NCBI RefSeq assembly: GCF_963921235.1
Contig: NC_086118.1
Location: forward strand, 23,190,001-23,254,000
Length of the DNA: 64,000 nucleotides
DNA from: Mobula hypostoma
Lineage: Eukaryota
Direction of reading: 5' to 3'
This document shows, piece by piece, positions 39,332-49,468 of this stretch. The notes under the pieces are model-generated. The model worked only from the letters and a program-made list of their open reading frames with translations. It ran no database searches and was not told the DNA's origin. Every line of letters starts with the position of its first letter. The stretch's first letter is position 1. A program made the translations under genes and the position numbers.

Positions 39332-42127
39332 GTTGTAACCAGTGTAGAACAGCATCTCACAAAGGGCAATGGGATAAAATGCACGATTATCTGTTCTGTT
39401 TTAAAATACTACCTGCTTCAGTAGACACGACTTAATATGGTGATTTTGCAGTGGTGTATGCTGTAGAAGACCTGACTTATCTGGGGGGCATATTTGTGCA
39501 ATGTCCTGCCTGTCCATTATAAGCCAATGGTCTAAAGACTGAAATTAATTTTTTAGAAGTTTCGAAAATGTACTTCTTTTTGGACCGGAATTGAGCTTCA
39601 ATAATGCAAGACTCCTTGAGGCATTCTTTCAACACTTGTCTGAATGTGTCCATGTCAAAGCTAAACAATTTTTATGTCAATTCTCTTTGGAAGATGTAAT
39701 TGTTTATGGTAACCATACAAAAGATGAGATTTACAGGGATGGCTAATTTAGACATTTTAAGCCAGAAAATTAGATTTTTCTGCCAGTGTGATGCAGATGA
39801 TCCAAAAAAATTTTTTATGCATCAAGAAGGAATATTACGAATGTAATTACCCCAAGTTGGCAATGGTGTTGTTCATCAATTGTATTACTTCTATTTGAGA
39901 TGTTTATAGCTTATCGTTCTTTTGAGTCATTTATGTGATTAGACTTGCTCAGGTCATCCTTAATTACCACTGAACAACAATTCTTTGATTCATTTCTTAA
40001 CCACTGAATTCCCTTCTGGTGAAGGTGCTGAAATTGCTTTATCCTCCCTTGAATTACAAAGCACAGCAAAGGGACAGCAATATTTTTCCGTAAAGAATGG
40101 TGTGTCACCTAAAGGAGACCATAGAGATGGTGGCATCCTTTTATAATGCCCTGATCATCTCAGATTGCATGCTTCGTTTACATCTCCTCAGATGTTTATA
40201 ATGTACTGTAGAAATCATAGTGTTCTTGTTACGGTTAACATATTGAAGAGGTTATTGGATTATCTTCGGGCAGATATAAATATAAAGTGTTTTTACAACA
40301 TGTGCAAATTCTTTTTGTTAAGAAAGCTTTTCACCATCATTTTATGTGGATGAGTATTCAAAATTAAAATGTATAAATATGAATATTACCACTTCTCAGT
40401 TGAATATTTGCCTCAATTTTTGTACAAGAGAAAGAGGGTCCTGTCTTTTAAGTATAATTTGCTTTAGAGTTACTTCATTTTTAACCCCTGTCCCATTTTA
40501 AAAGATATACTTGTAGCAAACAATGAACGGTAATTACATCACTGAGACTCTGCCTTAGAGGAGATGCACTTTGAGACTGTAATTGGAATTGCATACAATT
40601 GAAATGACAGCGTTATTATAGTGCTGTCGATTAATGACTGTTTTGCTATCTCTGCAGATGAAATGATTTCTTTCACATGTTATTTCAGTAACCATTTCCA
40701 CATACACTCTGGATTTAAAAACACCATTCCACCAACCGAACAATGTATTTAAAAGTATGTTTGGAGTGAGTAATTTTTCATAATCGTTGAAATGTTATTA
40801 AAGTACAGATCGGAGCCATTACTGTTATCATATCATATGGTAAGGTATTTTTTCTTCTTTTTACCAACCAGCTCATTTTGGTAGTGGGGGTAGATTTTTT
40901 TTAAATAAAATATAATCATTTTATTTTATTTCATTTCATAATTCAATCTTTTTTTCTACATGATTCATTTGGAATATGGGATACTGTGATCATATTACTG
41001 TGAGTTAAATGTAATGTAATTCGTATTGCTTGTAACCTTATGAATTTTGTATTTGTATTCATGCAAATTATATATTATTAATAAACATAGTGAAAGAGGA
41101 GTGAGTAATTGCAACTTAAGATCTGTTACTAGCAGTGGAGATAAAAATTTTATACGTATACTTGCATGGGGGAATTTGACAGGCAATAAATAAGTACCGT
41201 TATTATCTTAAAGAGCATAAACAAATTCAAATACTTAGTCATCACTGTATTCACAGATGTGTGATTGAACAGACATGAGGATCAACCCACAGGATATTAA
41301 GCTGGGTGATCAAAAGCAGTGTCAAAGAGATGAGTTTTATGGTAGAGGTTTAGAAAACAAATTTTAGAATATGATTAGAAGATGACTTACTGGTATAAGA
41401 AAGATTAACATAAGACTTGTAAATACATCCATTTCTATTTGAATTTCCAAAGTATTGAAACTTTAGTTTTAAAACTGAATTTAGGTGCGCATTATTTCGA
41501 TAAAGGTAAGAGTAGCTGTTTGCATTTTCTAACTAGAAAAATGTGTAAAATACATCAGTATCTTGGCTATCAATTGATTATAATTAACATTGCAAATAAA
41601 TAAGTTATTTTATTTTATATTAGTACATTGAGTTAAATCTAGCTCATCCTGTTTGCCTGTAGCGTCAATTGCAATTTGGCGTGGTATAATCTTTGAGAGC
41701 TTCTGTCAGTCATATCTGTGGATTTATTCACAGGCTATTGAAATCATTCTCTTGGTCTTTTTTCCTTTGTTGTGTTATGAGTGCAATATCCACTGGTTGA
41801 TTTGCAGCAACTATTTCCATCCACTTAAAGAGTAACACTTGGTCCTGATCACACTTTTTCGAGGATTCACTCAGAATTTGGTGAAGCCAGGAAATGATTT
41901 ACCTGAATGGTATGCACTAAACAAAAGACTGTGTATGCTAGAAATCTGCAATATACTAAATCTGAGTGCTGGAAATGCTGAGTCATTCAGTGTGCATCTT
42001 AGAGATAGAAACAGAGTTCATGATTTATGTTCACAACAGGAATTCTGCAGATGCTGGAAATTCAAGCAACACACATCAAAGTTGCTGGTGAACGCAGCAG
42101 GCCAAGCAGCATCTGTAGGAAGAGATG

Positions 42128-42165
42128 CAGTCGACGTTTCAGGCCGAGACCCTTCGTCAGGACTA
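42128..42165 (-). ncRNA. Minimal type I hammerhead ribozyme (intact)
   Basis: UAGUC-CUGACGA-AGGGUCUCGGCCU-GAAA-CG-UC^GACUG: full core, stem II, 1-bp stem III with palindromic ACGU, GUC cleavage triplet and 5-bp stem I. Confidence 0.85.
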
Positions 42166-42490
42166 ACTGAAGGAAGAGTGAGTAAGGGATTTGAAAGCTG
42201 GAGGGGGAGGGGGAGATCCAAAATGATAGGAGAAGACAGGAGGGGGAGGGATAGAGCCAAGAGCTGGACAGGTGATAGGCAAAAGGGGATACGAGAGGAT
42301 CATGGGACAGGAGGTCCGGGAAGAAAGACAAGGAGTGGGGGGGACCCAGAGGATGGGCAAGAGGCATATTCAGAGGGACAGAGGGAGAAAAAGGAGAGTG
42401 AGAGAAAGAATGTGTGCATAAAAATGAGTAACAGATGGGGTACGAGGGGGAGGTGGGGCCTTAGCGGAAGTTAGAGAAGTCAATGTTCAT

Positions 42491-42602
42491 GCCATCAGGT
42501 TGGAGGCTACCCAGACGGAATATAAGGTGTTGTTCCTCCAACCCGAGCCATCAAGTTAGAGGCTACCCAGACGGAATATAAGGTGTTGTTCCTCCAACCC
42601 GA
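42491..42602. repeat. 2 x 56-bp tandem duplication at the inversion junction
   Basis: gccatcaggttggaggctacccagacggaatataaggtgttgttcctccaacccga at 42491-42546 and 42547-42602, with two mismatches. Confidence 0.95.
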
Positions 42603-42968
42603 ATTTTTTCATATTCCGTCTGGGTAGCCTCCAACCTGATGGCATGAACATCGACTTCTCTAACTTCCGCTAAGGCCCCACCTCCCCCTCGTACCCCATC
42701 TGTTACTCATTTTTATGCACACATTCTTTCTCTCACTCTCCTTTTTCTCCCTCTGTCCCTCTGAATATGCCTCTTGCCCATCCTCTGGGTCCCCCCCCAC
42801 CCCCGTCTTTCTTCTCGGACCTCCTGTCTTATGATCCTCTCATATCCCCTTTTGCCTGTCACCTGTCCAGCTCTTGGCTCTATCCCTCCCCCTCCTGTCT
42901 TCTCCTTTCATTTTGGATCTCCCCCTCCCCCTCCAGCTTTCAAATCCCTTACTCACTCTTCCTTCAGT

Positions 42969-43006
42969 TAGTCCTGACGAAGGGTCTCGGCCTGAAACGT
43001 CAACTG
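42969..43006 (+). ncRNA. Minimal type I hammerhead ribozyme (stem I first pair mismatched)
   Basis: UAGUC-CUGACGA-AGGGUCUCGGCCU-GAAA-CG-UC^AACUG. It differs from the minus copy by G>A immediately after the cleavage site. Confidence 0.75.
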
Positions 43007-43734
43007 CACCTCTTCCTATAGATGCTGCTTGGCCTGCTGCGTTCACCAGCAACTTTGATGTGTGTTTCATGATTTATGTTGATGACTTCTGTTGCAACTT
43101 TACTGACCAGCTGCATATTTCAATTTTTAATTTGAATTTTATGAACTTTGATTAACAGACATCCCACCCTGCAAAAACTCATTTCAGGGAGGTAGCACCA
43201 CCATTTCAGGGAGGTAGCACCCCCGCCACCTGGAACCCCCTATCCGCCCCCCCACCCCGTCGACCTCCAAGGGTGTATGTAATACTTTGTTTAGTGATTT
43301 TGTCTAATCTTTAAACCAAATTGGGTATATGCTGCAAATGTGACATTAAAATATGTACTTATATTATATTATGTTTATTCTATTACTACTTTAAGCAAAT
43401 CCACAGGGAGTTTGGCCTCATCACATATGACATCAATAGTATAGCTCCTTGGCAGCTAGCCAGCTAGTTTAAATTAGGGTCCCCAAACTTTTTTGCACCA
43501 CGGACCGATTTAATATTGACAATATTCTTGCGGACCGGCCGACCCCGGGGGGGGGGGGGCAGTGGGGGGAGGGGGGTGTTAAACGCGACCAGAATATAGG
43601 TGATAAGTCAACTATAAGTCACTTGTAAGTAGCTAATGCACTCAATTTCGTTTCTAAAGGGGTTTATCTAACGAATTTAATATTAAACACAGCGCATATT
43701 TTCCTCGCATGAATGTAGTATTAGTCAATTATAA

Positions 43735-43952
43735 CAGTGGTCCCAAACCTCCGGGCCGCGAAGGATGCAGCAGTACAGCAGTAGCTAGAACGCACCCAGC
43801 ACATCTTTAAGAAAAAAGCCGAAATAAACAAGCTAATTGATTAGGTGCCACCCGGCACGTAAATGTCGGCCCAGATCAGAGACGACACAGTCGGCAATGG
43901 CCTCTGATGTCATTGCTATTGATGTCATATGCGATGAGGCTGGGGACCACTG
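43735..43952. mobile_element. hAT-Charlie-type MITE, 218 bp
   Basis: TIRs cagtggtccc / gggaccactg and a perfect 8-bp TSD aattataa at 43727-34 and 43953-60. Confidence 0.9.
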
Positions 43953-44035
43953 AATTATAAGTCAATAGCATCATAACATTTTAAGTAACGTTTGGATATT
44001 AAACACACAGCACATATTTTCCTCGTATGAACATA

Positions 44036-45634
44036 GAAACCCCATTTCCAGAAAAGTTGGGATATTTTCCAAAATGCAATAAAAACAAAAACCTGTCATA
44101 TGTTAATTCACATGAACCTTTATTTAACTGACATAAGTACAAAGAAAAGATTTTGAATAGTTTTACTGACCAACTTAATTGTATTTTGTAAACATACACA
44201 AATTTAGAATTTGATGGCTGCAACACACTCAACAAAGTTGGGACAGAGGCATGTTTACCCTTGTGTTACATCACCTTTCCTTTTAATAACACTTTTTAAT
44301 CGTTTTGGAACTGAGGGTACTAATTGTAGATTTGCAATTAGAAATTTTGTCCCTTCTTGCTTGATATAAGACTTCAACTGCACAACAGTCCATGGTCTCT
44401 GTTGTCTGATTCTCCTCTTCATGATGCGCCATACATTTTCAATAGGAGATATATCTGGACTGGCAGCAGGCCAGTCAAGCACACGCACTCTGTGTCTACA
44501 AAGCCACGCTGTTGTAGCCTGTGCAGAATGTGGTCTGGCGTTGTCCTGCTGAAATAAGCATGGACGTCCCAGGAAGAGACGTCGCCTTGATGGCAACATA
44601 TGTCTCTCTAAAATCCTAATATACGCCTCAGAGTCAATGGTACCTCACATACATGCAATTCACCCATGCCGTGGGCACTGATGCACGCCCATACCATCAC
44701 AGATGCTGGCTTTTGCATCTTTTGCTGATAACAATCTGGATGGTTGTTTTCATCTCTGGCACGGAGAACTCGATGCCTGTTTTTTCTGAAAACTAGCTGA
44801 AATGTGGACTCATCTGACCACAGCACACGGTTCCACAGTCTTTTGGTCCATCTGAGATGAGCTCGGGCTGAGAGAACTCGCCGGCGTTTCTGCATAGAGT
44901 TGATGTATGGCTTCCTCCTTGTGTAATACAGTTTCAGATTGCATTTCTGGATGCAGCAACGGACTGTGTTGAGTGACAATGGTTTTCTGAAGTACTCCCG
45001 AGCCCAGGTGGCTATAATTGTCACAGTTGCATGACGGTTTCTCAGGCAGTGCCGCCTGAGCGCTCAAAGATCACGCACATTCAACAGTGGTTTCTGACCT
45101 TGCCCTTTACGCACTGAGATGTCTCTGAATTCTCTGAATCTTTTCACAATATTATGTACTGTAGATGTTGAAAGTCCTAGATTCTTTGCAATCTTGCGTT
45201 GAGAAATGTTCCTTTTGAACTGACTAATAATTCTCTCACAAATTTTGGCACAAAGGGGTGAGCCACGACCCATCCTTGCTTGCAAAGACTGAGCCTTTGA
45301 TGAACGCTACTTGTATACCCAGTCATGATACCTCACCTGCTACCAATTAGCCTGCTTAATGTGGAGTCTTCCAAACTGGTGTTACTTGAATATTCTGTGC
45401 ACTTTTCAATCTTATTTTAACTCTGTCCCAACTTTTGTTGAGTGTGTTGCAGCCATCAAATTTTAAATTTGTGTATGTTTACAAAATACAATTAAGTTGG
45501 TCAGTAAAACTATTGAAAATCTTTTCTTTGTACTTTTGTCAGTTAAGTAAGGGTTCACATGAACTAACATATCACAGATTTTTGTTTTTATTGCACTTTG
45601 GAAAATATCCCAACTTTTCTGGAAATGGGGTTTG
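44036..45634 (-). mobile_element. Full-length Tc1 transposon, IR/DR type, 1599 bp
   Basis: ~213-bp TIRs at 44036-44248 and 45421-45634, each with aaagttggga direct repeats at both ends. TA TSD. The empty site gaacaTAtaaaatc is seen in the paralogous hAT copy (reverse complement of ~62071-62084). Confidence 0.97.
44255..45273 (-). pseudogene. Frameshifted Tc1 DD34E transposase
   Basis: MGRGSPLC..HTH; WSDES; VMVWACIS; QQDNARPH..SPDISPIENVW with 34 residues between D and E. Split over three ORFs. Confidence 0.95.
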
Positions 45635-47084
45635 TATAAAATCATTGCAACACACCAATATCACTGAATCAGTGGGAGCCCTGGTCTTGTTCTCCTGCAA
45701 CAACACGGTCCTGTCGAGGGGTGATGGGAGACAGCGATAGTCGAACGGGGTTCCTTATGTCCAGTCTATTCCGCAATTTAGTTTTCGTTGTATTCATTGC
45801 AGAAAACTCCGCTTCACAGAAATATGTTGGAAATGGAAGCTCCGTTTTCAGTGCTTCCGTGGCTGTCTCAGGATATTCAGCCTTGTCTTTGATCCAGAAT
45901 GCCGGCAGAGTTGTTATGTCAAACATACTTTTCAGCCCACCTTCATTTGCAAGCTCGAGGAGTTGATCTTTTTCCCGAGCTAACATGGATGATTCACCGG
46001 GGACATTCACAAATGGGTCACGGATCCATTTCTTTGCACGTCTTGGGTCACTGATGACCTCGCATGCGTTAAAATTCAACAGTGCGTGACAGGGAATGAG
46101 GAAAGGTGCAGCTGACTCATATTCTTTTATATTGCCAAATCATTTTGTTTCCTCGCGGCATGGTGGTTGGGGACCACTCTTAGCACGAAGAGAGACCAAT
46201 CAGGATGCTTGCTCTCCTTCTCCTTCTCCCTCTCCCTCTCAAAACAAAAATCTATTTCTGGGATATTGTATATAATTTCCGGGCGTCAGGGAGCCACTAT
46301 CGATATGTGGGAGACTCCCGGAACTTCCGGGAGAGGTGAGATGTCTGGATTAATTATTTAAGTTTTAAATATTGTATGTACTCAGATGTTTGGCTGGAAT
46401 TCAATTCGGCCTAAATCTGTAAAAGCACCAAGGCACCATGTACCGTAAAACAGCCATAGGACATTTGTGTCCACAAATGGTTTTTAATCTGTTTGTGCTA
46501 GTTTCAAGTAGGTTAGGAAGGAAGAGGTGGGTTGATAGAGGGTCCAGCAGGATAAAGATGATAATGGAGAGATGATGGCTGATGTCAGCCAGAGGAATGA
46601 TTGGGGCCAGAAGTGGAGATAGCTGGAATGAGGGAGTAACCTGACATTTTGTTGAGAATTGGGTAGGAAATTGATTAGGGACAATGCAGAGAGAAGAGAG
46701 GATCAAGTGTTCTGAGGAGGTAGGAGATGGTAGTGGGAGTGAACAGCAAAATCTACCAAGAGATAATGGATGCCTAATATTCTATAGTACTAAATTAGGT
46801 AAGTTTGGAGCCTCAGAACATATACTTTAGCAGACATCTCTCAACTATTTAATTAAATTTTGCTGCTCATTTTGACATCACTTACACAAAATATTTAGCA
46901 TATGAGGCCCATGTTTACACATAAGAATTTTGTGCAATTTCTGTCAAAATTTTGTGCCACATTTGCCAATACTGTGCACATCTAATGGTCTCTGAGCAAA
47001 AGCGTTTTGTATATATGGAGAACCTACAACAAATTACTGGCATGCTAAATAGCTGAGGGATGGGATGGGTTTTTGGTAAAAATT

Positions 47085-48420
47085 TGAATCACATTTAATA
47101 TCACCAGCATATGTTGTGAAATTTGTTGTTTATTGTTTTGTGGCAGCAGTGTTTGCAATACACAATAATTTTTAAAATATATAAACTACACCTAAGAAAT
47201 ATATACAAAATTAAATTAAGTAAGTAGAGCAAACAGAGAGCAAAAAAATAGTGAGATGGTGAGATTGTCCTTTCAGAAATCTGATGGTGGAGGGGAAGTA
47301 ACAGCTCCTGAAACATTGAATGTGTGTCTTTAGCCTCCTGTACTTCCTCCTTGATGGTAGCAATGAGAAGAGGACATAGCTGGGTGTGGGGGGTCCTTAA
47401 TAAAGGTGTCCTCAATCCTGGGGAGATGGAGCTGATTGTGCTTACAACTTCCTACAGCTCGTTCCAATCTTGTGCAGTGGCCCCTCCATACCAGACAGTG
47501 ATGCACCCATTTACAAGTGTCTTTGGTGACATACTAAGTCTCCTCAAACTCCTGCTGTGCCTTCTCTGTAATTGCATCCATATGTTAGACCCAGGGTAGA
47601 TCTTCAGAGATGTTGGGACCCAGAAACTTGAAGCTGCTTATCCTTTCCGCTGCTGATCCGTCCCGCTGCTGATCCGTCAATGAGGACTGATATGTGTTCC
47701 CTCGACTTCTCCTTCTTGGAGTCCACAATCAATTTCTTAGTCTTTTTGATGTTGAGTGAAAGATTGTTGTTGTGATACCGGTTAACCAGCTGATCCATCT
47801 TGTTCCTGTATGCCACCTTGTCACCATCTGAAATTCTGCCTTTGATAGCTGCGTCATCAACAAATTTATAAATGGCTTTTTAGCTGTGCCTAGCACATGA
47901 TTGTGGGTGTAGAGAGAATTGAGTAATGGGCTGAGCAAGCTCTCTTGAAGTGTGTCAGTGTTAATTGTCAGCAAGAAGGAGATGTTATTTCTGTTCTGCA
48001 CTGACCATAGTCTCATGATGAAGAAGTCAAGGATCCGGTTGCAGAGGAAGTTACAGAGGCTCAGGTTTTGGAACTTGTGATTAGAACAGAGGGATTAATT
48101 GTGTTGAACACTGTGCTGTAATCAATAAACAGCAGCCTACTTATTGTTGAGGGAATCCAAGGCCAAGTGGAGAGCCAGTGAGATTGCATTCCCTGTAGAC
48201 TTATTGTGGCGATAGGCAAGTTCCAGTGGGTCCAGATCCTTGCTTGGGTAGGAGTTGATTCTGGCCATGAGCAGCCTCTCAAAACATTTCATCACAGTAG
48301 ATGTGAGTGCCACTGGGTGATAGTCATTGAGGAAGCTCACCCTGCTCTTCTTGGGCACTGGTATGATTGTCGCGGTTTTGAAGAAGATGGGAACTTCTGA
48401 CTACAGCAGCATAGATTGAA
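47085..48420 (-). mobile_element. Degenerate Rex1-like LINE RT + 3' UTR
   Basis: NDYHPVALTSTVMKCFERL, LAYRHNKST, RLLFIDYSTVFNT and NNLSLNIKKTKKLIVD, in fragmented frames. Confidence 0.85.
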
Positions 48421-49251
48421 GGTGTGGGCAATTACATCACATGCAGAAACACTGTACATGCAAGTAAATCTTCAGTTGCTGTCTTGCATGCATTGCTTTG
48501 AATGGGGAGAAATGGGATTCAGCGATGGAAAATGTCAGCTAAAATGCACTTCACTATCTCAAAGTAGCGACCTTGAATAATAATAATGAATAATAAGACA
48601 GGGTGCTCCACTGGAACAATTTGAAAGGTGTATTTAGGACATGTTAAATTGATTGCCTTTCAAATCTATAATACATGAAATCTGCTTAATGTAATAAGAT
48701 TGTATAAGTTGAACAAAAGTGAAGTGGAAAATGTGTATCCCTGAGGATAGTACGCAATCCTTGGTAAACATGATGTGCTGATCGTTCCTTCTGGTATCAT
48801 TGTTTCCAAACTAATCTTGGTGTAAGTTACCAGTTGATACAGACTTGGCTCCACATGTGGTCCCATCTGTGTTCACTCAACTTCAGTGCATAAAAAGGCA
48901 AATTGTGAGGTGAAATATAATACATAACTGGACTGAAATAGTCCAGATCAAAAAATTTAAACTACGTTTCTCATCAGTTTCTAAAACACTAGAAGAATAG
49001 TCCAGGAACTTCCTTTCCTACACTTTAAGGGATTTTTTGGACACATACTATCTTTTCAGGGCAGTATTGTACTCGAAGTATTTTGGAACAAATTTGTTTT
49101 ATGTTGTCTACATTTGTTTCTCTAAGCCTAAATTGTGGTCAGAGTACAGGATTGGTGCAAAATAAATTATGATTGCTTTGATCTTTGAATCGAGTAGGTT
49201 TGAGTTAACAGTTGTATTGTTAACTATCACTTGCTCCAAAGTCAGCAGTAT

Positions 49252-49468
49252 TGTACGTTTTCACAAATAAATAAAACGGCAGAGCATTTTATGGTTCAGA
49301 AAAGCCGTAGCAACTCAATTATGGAACACCAAAACTGAACAGAAAACGTGCTAAAAAACCCTTTATGTAATTACGTCTTCACATCAGCCCATCCTCTTAA
49401 AGTGAATCCCCAACTCAATGTTGGTGGTTGTGAATTATGTATATTTTCACCAACTACGTTACAGTACA
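49252..49468. mobile_element. Solo LTR, 217 bp
   Basis: Termini TGTAC...GTACA and 4-bp TSD gtat (49248-51, 49469-72). A second copy lies at 26691-26905. Confidence 0.75.

Larger units (their letters stand above)
42032..43065. mobile_element. Young Penelope-like element: inverted pair of 3' ends (pLTRs)
   Basis: Arms 42068-42523 and 42611-43066 are near-perfect reverse complements. They encode the GIY-YIG C-terminus: the minus arm reads RLEEQHLIFRLGSLQPDGMNIDFSNFR*, and the plus arm reads from IFRLGS. 15-bp TSD ttcatgatttatgtt at 42017-31 and 43066-80. Confidence 0.92.
41918..43105 (-). mobile_element. Older Penelope-like pLTR remnant serving as target of the young insertion (pieces 41918-42031, 43066-43105)
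   Basis: atgctagaaatctg..gtgctggaaatgctgag..gcatcttagagatagaaacagagtt resembles the remnants at 13141-13250 and 27016-27100. Confidence 0.55.
43475..46178 (-). mobile_element. hAT Charlie/Buster-like element with transposase C-terminal remnant
   Basis: Ends tagggtccccaaac / ggttggggaccact. ORF 45669..46079 WIRDPF..FWIKDKAEYPE..LPFPTYFCEAEFSAM..KTKLRNRLD is a hAT dimerisation domain. No matching TSD on the right. Confidence 0.85.
43156..46347. mobile_element. Outer non-autonomous TIR transposon (family of 29640-30294) with apparent 6-bp TSD
   Basis: TIRs cagacatcccacc / ggtgagatgtctg, with gattaa directly on both sides. 43441-43474 and ~46245-46347 match 29640-30197 in reverse. Confidence 0.85.

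Noticed and set aside
41839..42474. 211-aa ORF as a novel gene
   Set aside because: It runs antisense through the Penelope-like pLTR and is low-complexity G/R-rich. The mirrored ORFs at 42767-43155 arise only from the inverted repeat.
42491..42602. CRISPR-like repeat array
   Set aside because: Only two abutting units with no spacers, in eukaryotic DNA, and derived from the PLE coding end.
44036..45634. Homology to the mariner element in the human COX10/CMT1A-REP region
   Set aside because: This is a DD34E Tc1 nested in lineage-specific elements, so the parallel is coincidental.
45669..46079. Domesticated ZBED5/FAM200/Buster-type gene exon
   Set aside because: It sits between hAT TIRs, covers only the C-terminal domain, and a second decayed copy lies at 61686-62045.
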